This document shows, piece after piece, positions 49,326 through 62,483 of a DNA stretch of 64,000 nt. A program made the position numbers and the translations under genes. Source of the stretch: Oculina patagonica (taxonomy: Eukaryota); contig NC_135759.1 of the NCBI RefSeq assembly GCF_052425735.1, positions 40,300,001-40,364,000 on the forward strand. The letters run 5' to 3'. How positions within the stretch are numbered: the stretch's first letter is position 1; each line of letters begins with the position of its first letter. The notes under the pieces were generated by a model. The model did no database searches and was not told the DNA's origin. It was given only the letters and a program-made list of their open reading frames with translations.

Positions 49326-50098
49326 GGCCTCCAGTCGCAGCGCCACCTGCCCATCCACCTGCGAGCAGCCCGGGTGGCGCCGCCACGGTGGCCTCCTGCC
49401 CGGGGGGACTCGTCCAGCCCCCCAGAGCCGGGACACCAGATGGCAGCCCGAGGCCCCAGACTGCCGCGCCGCGGGCGGAGGGCGCGAGAGAAGGAGAGAC
49501 GGGGGGACGGGGAGGAGACAAGAGGGAGCGGCGGGGAGGGGACGGCGGGCGGACTGACCCGGGCAGAGAGGGACGGTGGGCGGAAGAAGGAGCCGGCGGC
49601 CGAGAGGGGAGGGAGGGGCGGACGGGCGAGCCCGTGAGGAGAGGGGGAGGACGGCCGGGGGGGGGTCTCCGTGAATGAAAGCGAATTTCATCGTGTTTTG
49701 TTTGAATCAAGTACGCATTTGTTTTCGGAATTTAGGATTGGACTTCTACTTACTAGGTGATCTGTCAAAAGAAAATTGACCAGGCTTTTGAATTATTGGT
49801 CTAACTGAGAAGAACGGTGCTAGCAAACCGGCAGGGGACTGTCGATGTTTAGTGAATGAGCTCTAACAAGATCTTCAGAAAGAAAAATAATCTTGCCCGC
49901 TTCAAGCGATAGGCACACACTCAACGAGAGAGGAAAAGGTAATTGAAATTGTTATTCTTTGAATTCTTGTTTATCTTCTTTTGCATCATTGTCGTTTTCG
50001 TACGTGTCGGACCGGAATTTTTACGTCCCACCGGCAAAGTTTTTTCACGGTCAGGCATTGCTTTTGAGAAATACTTGTTCGAGTTTGTTATGGTATAA

Positions 50099-51029
50099 AA
50101 CAAATCGACCACATTTTTCTATGGTCTACTTAACAAATAGATTCCATTTTGCCGTGCGTCTGTTCAGTAATAGATCACAGATGACGTCAAAATGTGGTAT
50201 GAACAGAGAAGTGGCCCACGAGGCGCTAGCCGAGTGCGATGTCATACCACATTGACGCTGGATCACTGAACAGACCCACGGCAAAATGGAATCTATTTGT
50301 TTTATATAATAACACAAGACTTCAGCACACTTCAGTGTGAGCAATGCCGCCGTATCGATGAGCTGAGTTGTTTTGATTTCACTATTGAGATTTTCGTTAA
50401 CACGAAGCATTGTTAATCCGATTGAATAAACAGAAAAATGGTCAATTGAAAGTCAATGAAAACACTAACCTTTATTCCGATTTGGAAAGTTGTTCAAATC
50501 TGTAAACATAACCGAAGCGTGGCGTTGTCCAATAATTTTGCATAACATCGGTCAAACTTTCATAAAGATTTTGGATAATTTCTCGAATAATTCACTGTCT
50601 TCTTCAAGCTTGTTTCGCCCAGTTAAATGCTTCGAAAGGTGAACGATGCTTTGCATATTGTTTCTCACTGAAGATTTGTAATTAAGCTAAACGTTTTTGC
50701 TTTGTTGTGGCCTCGCAAGTTTGAAAAACTTTGCCGACAACTCTGAATTGGACTATGAACTCTGATCAAGCGCGCGAGTCACACCACCGCGTGACGTCAT
50801 CTATGTGTCTGTACTCCAATAGATCATAAGTAAGAACCAATCAAAATGCGCGTAGAATTCAGGTTATTATATAAACTCTTATAGACCATAGAAATGACGC
50901 CATAAAATGTCCAAAACTTTGCAGTGAAACCACTCGGCTAACGCCTCGTGGTTCCACTTGAGTTTTGAACATTTTCTGACGTCATTTCTATGGTCTATAA
51001 GACCATGGAAAAATGTGGTCAATTTGTTA
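50099..51029. mobile_element. Palindromic non-autonomous element with nested hairpins
   Basis: Outer inverted ends aacaaatcgaccacatttttctatggtcta / tagaccatggaaaaatgtggtcaatttgtt; internal palindromes at ~50132-50302 and ~50879-50999. Confidence 0.6.
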
Positions 51030-51198
51030 AATGAGCCGTTCGTTCACAGTCAGAGCAGCAGTATATACAATATATAATTAAAATGTATCATTAGAACTCT
51101 ATATCTTGAGTCATCAGTTCGTCTGTGATCTCAACTTTACCTTTAATCATAAGTGATCAGAAATGAAGGTTGATCATGATCAGAAATGAGGGTGGGGT

Positions 51199-52137
51199 TG
51201 ATCAGCCTTTTTTTAAAAAAAAATAAATAAATAAACGCTGATCACCCGTTAGCTAAGGTCAAATAAAAAACAACCGAAGATCTTATCCTGTGTAGGTCCG
51301 AGAGGAAGAAAAACGAACGATCGACAAAACTGAAAAAGATATTGAATTGTTTTTGCACCTTTGCTGTTAATACACGCTGAAACAGATCTTTTTGTGGTTT
51401 GTGACGTACGTAGCGGAAGTTAAAAGATATTGGATAGACGACGAATACGCGATCAGCCTTTTTTCTGTGGGAGGAAAAAAATAAACGCTGACTGCCTGTT
51501 AGCTAACGTGAAATAAAGAATAACTGAATATCCCATCCTGTATATACGTCGGAGTGAAAGCATAACGAGCTATCCACACAAAAAATATATTGGATTGTTT
51601 TTGCACGTTTACTATTCATACCCGCTGAAACAGACCTTATTGTGGTTTGTGACGTACACAGCCGTAGACGTTGGGTCTTCAGCTATTTTTATTTAACGTT
51701 ATCTAACGAGCGATCAGCCTTTTTCCGTGGCGTGTAAAAAAATCAACTCTGATCGTCCGTTAGCTAACGTGAACCGAATATCCCATCCTGCCTTACGTCC
51801 GAGTGAAAGCATATCGAGCTATATCGACAAAAAATTATATTGGATTGGTTTTGCACCTTTGCTGTTTATACGTGCTGAAACAGATCTTATTTATTGTGGT
51901 TTGTGACGTACGTAGCGGAAGCTAACCACGAACGTACGATCACGCATTCCAAAAAATATATTGGATTGACGACGAATACGCGATCAGCCTTTTTATCGAT
52001 CCGCGGCGGGTAAAAAAATCAACCCTGATCACCCGTTAGCTAACATGAAAACAATATAACCAAATATCCCATCCTGTGTACGTCCTAGTGAAAGCATAAC
52101 GAACTATTGACAAAATATGTTGGATTGGTTTTGCACC
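51199..52137 (+). repeat. About 4 diverged tandem units of ~260 bp
   Basis: The series gatcagcctttt...gttagctaa...atcctg...gtttttgcac recurs at ~51199, 51451, 51712 and 51982. Confidence 0.8.
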
Positions 52138-52158
52138 GCGTTGTGGTCGTGTGACTGT

Positions 52159-52544
52159 TATATGCCCGGCCAGCCGGCCACGGTCTTAAATAGACTAAAT
52201 GCCCGGCAGCCAAAAAATTTACAGAATTTCCACAGAAAGATTTTTTCAAACTTCTTGATAGTATAAGATGTGTTTTTAGAAATGTTGAGCGATTCCAAAA
52301 ACCATGTTGGTTTTCTATTTGACGAAATATCTGAACTTGGGCATAATAGTAATAGTAAAATCGCTGTGTTCTCGACACTAATTTTTGGCTCAGCCCGGCA
52401 TTCAGGAATACTCACCAAATTCCCGCAGAAATCCTCATTTAAACCTAATGAGAGTATTCTATGTTTGATAAGAAATGCCAAGCGATTCTAAAATTAAATT
52501 CCAATTTAGTCTATTTAAGACCGTGCCCGGCTGCCGGGCATATA
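52159..52544. mobile_element. MITE with ~42-bp TIRs
   Basis: tatatgcccggc.agccgg.cacggtcttaaatagactaaat and its reverse complement at 52503-52544. Confidence 0.75.
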
Positions 52545-52587
52545 GCCACAGCGTTGCTATTACGGTGTTCAAGTGTCAAACAGACCT

Positions 52588-52940
52588 TAGGGCCTGTTTA
52601 CATGGAAGGCGGGTGCCCCGGCACCGAGTTACCCGCAACCGAGCTACCCTGGGGAGCCAACTTTTCATACGTTCTAGAAACGACAGCCACTGCAGAGGGT
52701 ACCCGCTGCCGGGGCCCGGCTGCGGGACCCCGGCGGGAGCGAGCCGAGGGAAAGAGTGCAACCGTGGAATCGTCGCTGGAATGAGGAATAGAATCCCGAC
52801 ACAACGACGCAGCGCGACGGACCGAAAAGGGGGACGCCAGAGCACCCATGGAGCACCCACCCGCCAAGACGCTGCCCGGGGGGAGGGGTCCCTCTAGCCG
52901 GGACTGGGCCGGGGCACCCTCCCTCCGTAAAAGGCCCTAA
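52588..52940. mobile_element. PIF/Harbinger-like MITE whose right half is corrupted
   Basis: The left end tta-gggcctgtttacatggaaggcgggtgccccgg and the right end ccggggcaccctccctccgtaaaaggccc-taa are imperfect inverted repeats with TTA/TAA flanks. Confidence 0.55.
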
Positions 52941-53734
52941 CTGTCACGCAGCGGTTGCTAACAAGGAACCTGCGATCGGGCAATTTTTTTTAGGGAAAGA
53001 GGGAAGAACAGAACGCTCCGCGCTCGTTAGATAACGTTAAATAAAAAATAACTTAAGACCCCAATGTGCACACAAGAAAAGATATTTTTTTGTTGCACCT
53101 TTAGTATTTTCACGCGTACACGCGTTAATGTATATGTTGGTCTACAAGCACGTGCGCACGGTTTTAAAGACGATTCTGTGCAGGCACAGGTGAGACTTAT
53201 TTCACGTTTTCAGCTTTCTATTTTTGGATAAGCACTTTTGGCTTAAATTTTGTGTTTTCGTTACGTATACTTCCGCCTTTGAATTAAGCACGTTCTCTAT
53301 GTTGGTTTCTTACTGTGGAAATACGTTATTAGCCAATCAGAAGGCAGTGTGCTGATACGTATATATATGAGTGAGGCGGAAAAGTTTACAGTTCGCCTTA
53401 GACTGGGTTGGCTATCTATCGGGAAAGCTTTTGACAACAGTGGTGACGAATTTTTGCAGCGTTATTACGCGGGGTTGGTAAGTAATTTGCATTTTTTAAT
53501 TTGAAATTTAAACGAAGTCTCCCTAGATTTCTGAGTTCGGTTTACCACAGCTTTCAACGTTTGTCTCGTGTCAATAGATAAAAGATTTCTGGAGTTCCGA
53601 ATGAAAGCAAATAGTAATGGAAAGAAAGCAACGCCAATTTATTGACAAGAGATGAAAAAGACATTCAAGCGTCTACAGCAACAAAAGCTTACAAAGCGAT
53701 AAAAACAACCTCCTGGGAGGATATACTAGCCTTT

Positions 53735-54222
53735 ACGGGGGGGGGGGGGGGGGACTTCCATTTATGGGCTATATAGGTATGTGCCGCGCGATAGGGTATG
53801 GTTTTTGAGGCTCTCGGTCCTTAAATAGGGTCTCATTTTTGCTCCTTTTGGCATTGTGTTCCCGGCATGATCCTTAGATAGGGTACCTAAATTCTTTCAG
53901 CTAAAAAAATAAATAAATAAATAAACGCCCAGCTAATCGAAAAATAAAAAGTGATCTTTAAACTGAACTAACCATTCAATTATTAGTAAATCGATTTTAT
54001 AAAGATTTGTGTTTTGCCGTGCGCGGTTGGCCGTTATTTGGGTTGTCATGCAACGCTTTCTTGATCTCTTCCCCTTGAATTCGGTTTCGGGTTTGGGCCT
54101 TAAAAAGGGTATCAATTTTCGCTTTATTTATCCTTAAATAGGGTCAGGGTTTAAGAACCTTCGCGGAACACGCCTATCCGAAATTTATGGGAGTCCTCCC
54201 CACCCCTCCCCCCCCCCCCCCA
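53735..54222. mobile_element. MITE with poly-G / poly-C termini (related to the CCCGGG family)
   Basis: G-run+acttccat...atgggagt+C-run ends and internal ccttaaatagggt repeats. Confidence 0.55.
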
Positions 54223-54815
54223 CGATGGATAAATAAGCCCGTTTAAATTTACGGGATAAAGCTTCTGTGATAGGATCTTATTACAGAAATAATCTTTTCA
54301 GCCAATTTTGGGTGTCTGTACTACGCTTGTGTTTTATTGAGCATTTTTTGAGGCGAAAGCATTAAGCATTATTCGAGCATTTTTGTAGCATTTTCCTGTT
54401 TTTTTTTTTTTTCAGAGAAAATAAAAAATGAATTGAAGTAAAAAAAAAAAAAAATTCGTTGGGACCTTGGCTTAATACGATGTCTACTTAACGAGATTGA
54501 CTTTATGTTGCTGTTACTGACGTTTGTGATTTAAAAAGCCGTACGCGTCCTGCGTTCAAACTCTACAAAATTATATTACCGGTTTAAACTATCAGTTATG
54601 CATCTAAATTGAAAATACTACATTGAAATTGAATGGCATGCACTGCTTATTATCAATAGACAAACATTCTGTTCTACTTAATTAATAACGAACTCGAAAT
54701 TTGAAAAATAACTTGGCTCTAGTTATTTATGCAAGACCGTACAAACTGGCAGAACCGTCTTGACAATTGCCTAGTCATGCAGGCTCTAGATCTGCGATTT
54801 AAGGTTTACCTCGAC

Positions 54816-55250
54816 TACCGTATTTATTCGAATAAGCGCCCACCTCGAATAAGCGCCCACTCTGTAGGTAGTAAAAGTTAATAAGCGCCCAGCCTCGAAT
54901 AAGCGCCCACCCCCACCCCCTAAAAAATTGACATGCACGAGAGTTTTAAAATGAGAGGTGTGAAATTGACTATTATATATAAAGTACTACCAAGAGACTA
55001 CTCTGAAGATAAATCTTTCTCAATAATTTACAGAAACTTTCAAGGATCAGTAAAAAATTCGACTTTTGGACACCTTTACGTTCTGTAATTATTTATTTTT
55101 TTCTTGCAAAATAAGCGTACTTCTTGCTAAGAATGGTGAAAATTTAATAAGCGCTCAGCCTCGAATTAGCGCCCACCTCGAATAAGCGCCCACTCTCAAG
55201 GTCCAAAAATTTAATAAGCGCCCAGGGCGCTTAAACGAATAAATACGGTA
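54816..55250. mobile_element. TA-flanked TACCGTA MITE upstream of Ly6 C3
   Basis: TIR taccgtatttattcgaataagcgcc...ggcgcttaaacgaataaatacggta with internal gaataagcgccca repeats. It is absent upstream of C2. Confidence 0.85.
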
Positions 55251-55387
55251 ATTAGATTTCAACTTATCTTGACAGGTGTTGTTAACTACTCTGGTAAAAG
55301 ATTACTTTCGACATCATTTTAACATACTTGAGGTGTGCTACATTTAAGGTTCTTTCTCTAGAAAGGGGAAGCTGATTGTGAAGAAAC

Positions 55388-56837
55388 ATGAGAAGTTTAC
55401 AGAGTTTGGTGATTTTTACGTTCCTAATTTTCTTGCCAGCGGGTAAGTGTGATCTTTGTGTCATCTTTATTCTAAGTGCAATGAGAAATATCTAATTTCT
55501 GAGTTTGCTAGTGGTGCGATTTCTACTGACGCATACTTGAGTACGTTCGTTGAGTTTTGCTTTGTACAAAAAAATCAGGCTACAAAGTCAACTCGAAAAC
55601 GTCTTTTCGTTCAGTTCGTATTCCTTAACAAATGTCTTCAAAAAAAAAAAAAAAAGGAATTAGATTTTAATTAAAGACAAGGACATCACATCATACCAAT
55701 AGATGTTAATAAAACAGGATCATGGCTTTGTAAATTTAAGTTCTTGCTTCTTTGACTAGTGAATGTGGATTTTTTTTTTTACTTTTCGAAAAAAATTGGG
55801 TCGGTCGGGTGACGGGAAACGAAAAATTTTTGGGATGGCCAAATAGAAACTGTCGCCTTATTTACGCAACACACTTGCAGTGATAACAGTTCCTTAAAAA
55901 ATCTGCCGGTTAAAGGGTTAAGCATGGGAATAAGAATAGTGAGGAAGTACAAGAGCAAATTAAGCGCAAGAACAAAGAAAAGAAGAACAAAACAACCATT
56001 CTATCTTAAATTTAAGTTTCTTCAGTCTTATGTGTAATCAAATGTAATCGCAGGGATAAAGCATGAGTACCAAAACTGAACTAAAACTGTTCGTTTTTCG
56101 CCGGTTCAATTATGCTTCAGCGTATAAAGCTTGTAGGACCACGGCAGCGGGCTAAAATATATTTTAGCCCGTTGAATTCTCCATTTTAGCCCGCAAAATA
56201 CGCCACAATACCCGATGAAATGATTATAATAGATATGTTTAATTCTAGTGTCGATTCTAGTAGCAAGAATACACTTTCAAGATCTTTATTTAATTCTTCC
56301 AGTCCCCCAACAACTGAAAGTGACCCGGAGGGAAAAGAAAGTAATCGAGACCCTGGGAACGAGAAAGAGTTTCGTTGGGTTGTGATACGATACGAAATGT
56401 CTGTGTTAACAACAAGCAGTTTTGTCAATTTCCATACTTTTTCTTTCAATACAGCTATTTCTCGCAAATGTTACCAATGCCGGAGTAGGTACTCGTGGAA
56501 AGAGTGCGAGGATACACAAATCAAGGTGGAATGCCAAACTTCGCAGGAGTGCATCACATTCAGTGCTCACACCTCACTTGCCGATCATGTTTATGAAAAA
56601 GGCTGCGCGATAACCTGCTCGGCGTACCGCATCGCAATCTGCAGGGTGAATGGTATCCTGTGCAAAGTGCAATGCTGTTCCTCAGATTACTGCAACGGCG
56701 GACAAAGTCCTACTACTGCTACAACTAAAGCTCCTTATTTCAAACATACAAATCCTACTTCAGGGTGCTTGCTATTAAGTGCATCTATCAGTATAATTAG
56801 TTTTTGTTTTGGTCTATTTGCATTGGTATTTGTGTAA
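55388..56837 (+). CDS. Ly6/uPAR three-finger protein with a Thr-rich stalk and hydrophobic tail (copy C3), 145 aa
   Basis: Exon 1 55388-55442 (MRSLQSLVIFTFLIFLPA, G|GTAAG). Exon 2 56455-56837 (AISRKCYQC...CCSSDYCNGGQSPTTATTK...FGLFALVFV). Confidence 0.9.
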
Positions 56838-59749
56838 GTTATTTACCTTTAAATTAACCTTGAATGATACTTTATTAAAGTGTTGAAGTATTTAGCTTAA
56901 AAAAACTAATTGTGGACACTATTTACATTATATATATCTAAGCTATTTAAAGTACTTTGTTGATGGCCTGCGTTCCAATTTTCCCTGAAGTTTTAATTTT
57001 CTACTTGTTTTTTTAGTAATTATGTATATATATATTGTTATGTAGTTATTCATCAAGTTTAAAGTTTGAAAACAGTGTTAGGGAAATAAAATGAATTCTA
57101 CGAGAGTCAACCCTCCGTTAAAGAGTTAAAGCAGTTTATAAGACTAGGAGTTGAGATGATAGCAAGTAATAGAAGGAACGAACGGAAGGTCATGGGAATG
57201 TTTCGGATGTTCACATTTTCAGATGTGAAAGATATGATTTTTCTCAGTGAGTCACTAAATGCTGACAATTCGCTTAGTTTGTATAATAATTAGTGACATT
57301 GAGAAAAGGAAGCAATGTAACATAACATAGCACGTGCAATTCGATTGCAAAGCCATCAGAAACACCAATTTATGGCGCCAAAAAGCTCAAAGCTCGCAAG
57401 TAATCTTCGTAGTGTTTTTGCTCTACATATTTCCCGCTAAAGCCTCAGAAAGTAAATTTTTTCCTTAAATTAACTTAGTAATGAATAATTATGAAAGCAA
57501 TATATAAGAATTAAGGCCTCGTAAATTCGTTATTCATCAGAGCTGACGCATAAGGGATGAAAAGATCGGTTCTCCGGCACTTTACAAGACCATCTTGCTT
57601 CAAGCGAAGTTTCTTGGGAAGCATTTACAAAGTACTGAACAGAAGCGCGAAGGACTCTTTAGCGAAAAGGACATCACAAACGGCAAACGCAGCTTCCACA
57701 TTTTACATGCCGCTGATTATACGTACTGCATGTACTCAAAATCATCGCCAGCGAAAAAGTCGAAAATCGAGTGCATGTGTCACATATATAAAGCGCCCAG
57801 GCCCCACGCGTTGTTTTAGCAATGTTTTAGCATCTTCAAGATTATAGCTTGACTGGCTGAAATGTTTTTAAGTTGTTAGTATCTGAACAGGAAGTGTTGA
57901 ATAAAAAGTTGTTTTTTTAATTTCTTTGTATTTTTTTCCTACTTCTGATGAAATAGCTAAGATAACTCATCCGTTTTGTTAAAGCATTTCCCCCCTTGAT
58001 TTGGACCAGTCTTGGGACATAACAATAGAGCTAAAACGAAACGTATAAAGTCAAAGGAATCTTTCCATCGATTAACTGACAGCCCTCCCCGATTAAAAAG
58101 TCCCTCTCCTCTTGGATTTTTTTGTTGAATCCACCCACATTTGCAAATGATTGACAGAAAGCCACGGGTCGGAACTTTTTGCTTGGCATATCTTTTGGAC
58201 GACGGCTACTCACACCGTGTCGGAACTAGCAAGAGTTTTTATCGCTCAGTTCCCGATAGCATCGATCAATGCTGTTTATATAATCAAGCGAATGTGGTTG
58301 TGTGTCAGTTTCCTTCCTACGAAAAAAATCACGAAAATGAGTGGAATGCTTTCCTATCGACACAGAACAAAAGCTAACAGGAAGCAACTCAGTGTTTGCA
58401 CAGGACCTTTTTTTATAAATATATATCACAAATATGTACTTTAATTATGCTTTTAAAACATAGGGTCGGGGGGGGGGGGGGGGGGGGGCGCCCCCCCCCG
58501 GGGATGGGGGGAAAAAAAAGAAAAAAAAAAAAAAAAAATTTTTTTTTTTTTTTCCCCCCTTTAAAACGCACCCTTTTTGAAAATTCTTCTCAAAAATTTT
58601 ACATCTCCCGTTTTCCAGACTTTTCATTTTCGTGGACAGGCTAGAAATTTCAGTTTCCCTCGGTGTCTGTCAAATTTCCCGGCATTCAGTTTATGTCTAA
58701 ATGTTCAGTATCGCTTATATCAAAAATATTGATTTACTTAGACTAAAATAAACGTCGATGCAACAAACCGTGACAAACTCAATTGCAATATGGCGATCAC
58801 GATTCACGAACAGAGGCAACGGCAGCGCAGACAACACAAATTCACTCCTTTTTACTGTTTTTGTCATGCATGAATATAATTTTTCAGCTGTTATTTTATT
58901 TCTCAAATAACTTTTATCCTATTTCACAAAAATTCAAACATAACCCCGCCTTTCAAATGATTTAGGATTTTTTGCTTCATAACTGTGGTCAACTTTACTG
59001 CGTTCCTTGGTGCTATATTAAATCATTGACTCTCGAGTTCTAATCATGAGAGCCTATGCATATATTTAACGTGTAGGCTGTTTAGTTATAGCAGCCACTG
59101 TCTTGAGTTTTCCAGTTTCTCGACACCCTGTTTATTTCAATAGAAGCTAGGGTAAAAATAAACAAGGCTTCAGCTGACTGGAGAAGAAAAATAATATTGT
59201 TCAAAACTTATTGGTTTCCCAACCGGCTCCCAACCTCGTCTCCATGACGCTTTTCCCTTTGAATGGAGAGAGACCTGGAGACAAGGTTAGAAGTTTCCAC
59301 CTCGTCTAATCTCTTACCCTCCCTCCCTCATTTTCCTCCCTAGCCCCTTTTACTACTTCATTACCCCGACAGAGAGGGGGATAAGTCAACAGGGTCTCAT
59401 AAGCCGTGAATATTTTGGATTTTGCTTGCGCCCTGGATAGATTTTGTTTATCTTACTCCATAATACTTTTTTTGAAAGATCGTCTTTACTCATGTGTCAC
59501 CCTTTTTATTAGAAGCAGCGAGCTCAGTAAAATTAATGTTGGCAAAAAAGATGTACAAGCAAATACACCAATGGTACAAGTCCACATCGTTTCCTACTGT
59601 TTGAAAAAAATCGATCGTATGCAAAATAAGCCGTTTTATGTGACCATATGTCTTCTTAGCAACAATATATTTTTTAGCAATAATAAAGAAGAATCAGTTG
59701 ATTGTTCTGTTTTGCTGTCAACTGATCGGCTTGTCATAATTTTCGTCGA

Positions 59750-62483
59750 ATGTTACCAGAAGCTATTTATGCCTCTTCGGCTTCTTCGCCAGCCATGCCA
59801 TCCACGACTTGTACATGTGGCGAATTCCTTCTGGTGGAATTCTTGATATTTTTCGCCGTATTCCTGGCTGGGTTTGCAAGCAATGCTTTGTTTATTTTAG
59901 TGAGCTGCAAAGAGCTTGTGAATAACAAAGGCTGCAAAGTTAAGATCTACAATAATTATCTGGTGCACTACTCCATCGCAAATGCTATTCTGTTGATCAG
60001 TATGCCGCTCGATATCATCAGCTTTGCTTCAGGTGGATCGTGGTATTTCGGGGAGCATTTCTGCAGGTAAAACGAAAAGTTATATTTTCAATTTTAGTCG
60101 GCTGCAATTTGATTGCGGACGACTGCTTTGACACAAAATCAGCCTTTTTTAATTTAGAGCGTTTGTTCGAGCGTTTATATGCTTTCTAAAGAAGTCAACA
60201 TTTTATTCTTAGTAAAGCTGTCCGAAAAATTTTGGTAATTCTCCATTATTTAGCTTTCTTTGAGTTGTTCTCAAGTTTTCTTTATCCAAGATGTACGATT
60301 CAAATCAACATTTGAACTTTTGGATTCAAATAAACATTTGAATCGCTTAGCGGAAATACTGTCTTTAAACTGTTATGATAAGGGAAAAATCGAGGCGCCT
60401 GTGAATATTTTGATTACTCTTTGCCTTGCGCTTTCATGCATAGATTTATTCAAAGAAATCCTTTCCCTTTCAAGTGGTAGAAGTAAGGTCTATGGCATTA
60501 CTACAAGTTTGTTGATCAACACTGGAAATTAAAGAGAGAGTTTTGATCACATTACTCATGAGTTAAGAATAAACTAAATGATACACTTCTTGTTAGAAGA
60601 TCTCAAAAATTTGCATAACAGACCACTTTTCAGTGACAGGCTGTAATATGTTCTAAGATCTTCCGTCGATTAACATCAAATGGTTCTGGTTTTTTTTAAC
60701 AATAACCATTTCGAATGAGCGCAGCTTGCTTTTTGGATGCAATTCTCTCTTTATGTAAATTCGGCGCTCTGTGAATTAATTTTAAAAGACTTGCCATGCT
60801 GGTTGTATGAAAACGTTTTGTTCACTGTTATTACACTTGAAAAAATACCAAACTCTTATCGGCTAAGAGATATGTAATTTTTGGGAAACACAGTGCAGAG
60901 AAAAAGTTATTTAGTGCAAATTACAGCGAAGATTTCCGAAGTTAGTACGACCAACCTCTGTGACATGCCGACCGTCATCCGAAGAATTGCGAAGTGGCTG
61001 CTTCCAGTGCTTAACTGTTGAACTTGATCCAAACGCCTGAGGGAAGCTGAGGGAGTTTTAAAAGAATTTGAAATTGTGTTAATTTTCCTCGGCTTGTGTT
61101 TTTATCAGGCTGTGTAAATGTAAATTTTAAGAAAACACGACTTGACGAAGCCCTTAAATTTATCTGCGCAGGTTGCACTTTTTTGTTGAGAGAGCCCTAT
61201 ACGTTGCCATAGCAACCCACGTCCTGAACATGGTACGGGATACTTTCGCACCATTCGGCTTCCCTGCCATGCCGTTCAGCTGCACAAGCACTTGGATTAT
61301 ATCACTGGTGTTCATGTGCCCACTGTTACTTACCACCACCATCGTAAAGACGCCGGAGGGGTGCATACGCTGTGAAGTAATGAAGAACAGTTTGGGAAGG
61401 ATGTGGATGTTTCAGTGGAGCGAACAGCTGTACGTGGCCATTTTGCCTCTGATCGCGATTTGGTTTTACAGCAACAAGTACGGCGAGCATCCAGACTATG
61501 AAGCCATTGACAAAGCTGGTAAGAACAAGGCCTTTATTTTAACTTTAAAACAAACTTGCAGCCATGCATGTTAAGAAGGTCTTGAAGGGGAATATAAAAT
61601 CCCATTTCCCAGCCCAGATTTTGCTAAAATCCCATTTCCAAGCCTATTTTTCCCCATTTTCCAAATCCCAGCCTAGTTCTTTTGCTTATTCGTTTGTGAT
61701 TTCCATTCCCAGTGACCCAAATTCATTTTTCCTGATTTGCCCAATCCCAGGAAACGCGTGAGTCCGACGGGTCGCCATCTTGGCGAAGATGAAATGACTC
61801 ACAGTTTTTCATCTTCCCATTTTTTCGCATTAATCACGGATCCAAGATGGCGGCCCGTCGGACCAACGATCGACCGACCACAGAAAAAGGAGACGTGAAG
61901 CAGTATATTTCTGAACCGGTTGTCAGACCCTGGAAATAAAGATAATTAGGCTCAATGTTTTATCGATTGTGAACTTGTCCAGTTTGGAAAAGTAATATGA
62001 AAATGGCAACTAACTGTTTAGTGTAAAGATAACAGACTGCATGACAGTAAAAAATGATCACAAATTACTATTCACGCCAGTCGCTGGATCCACAAGATTT
62101 TACTTTAAGTAAACGCCCTTTAATGAAAGATATATTTTTTCTCTCAAGGCCCGGATGACGTTGGTGGTAAATTCAAGATGAATCTGCGCTCGATATGCAT
62201 TGCTCTCGCATTCACCATCTTTATCTGTACCAGTCCAGCTCGTCTTACTGAGATCGCCGGCGGAGATTTCAAAATGTGGCCTGGGCACCAGGTTATCTTT
62301 TCCTTCATCCCTCGTCTGCTGATCTACGGGCAGACCATAATATTCACTGCAGTGTGTGCCTACTACTATCCGGGCTTTTACCAAGGAGCCAAGATTGCCG
62401 CAGGAAGGCTGTGGAGCTGCCGCAAGATACCGGAAAAAATCATCGCTGGACAAGAAGATGAGAATAAAGAACTTCTGTCATAA
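59750..62483 (+). CDS. Atypical rhodopsin-like (class A) GPCR, copy 2, 332 aa
   Basis: Exons 59750-60066, 61172-61518 and 62149-62483, with the same intron phases as copy 1 and a near-identical protein. Confidence 0.88.

Noticed and set aside
48927-49710. Pro/Arg/Gly-rich ORFs on both strands
   Set aside because: They arise from a GC-rich, probably corrupted patch fused to the RTE endonuclease frame.
52461-52897. Overlapping GC-rich ORFs
   Set aside because: They lie in MITE and low-quality sequence with no recognisable domain.
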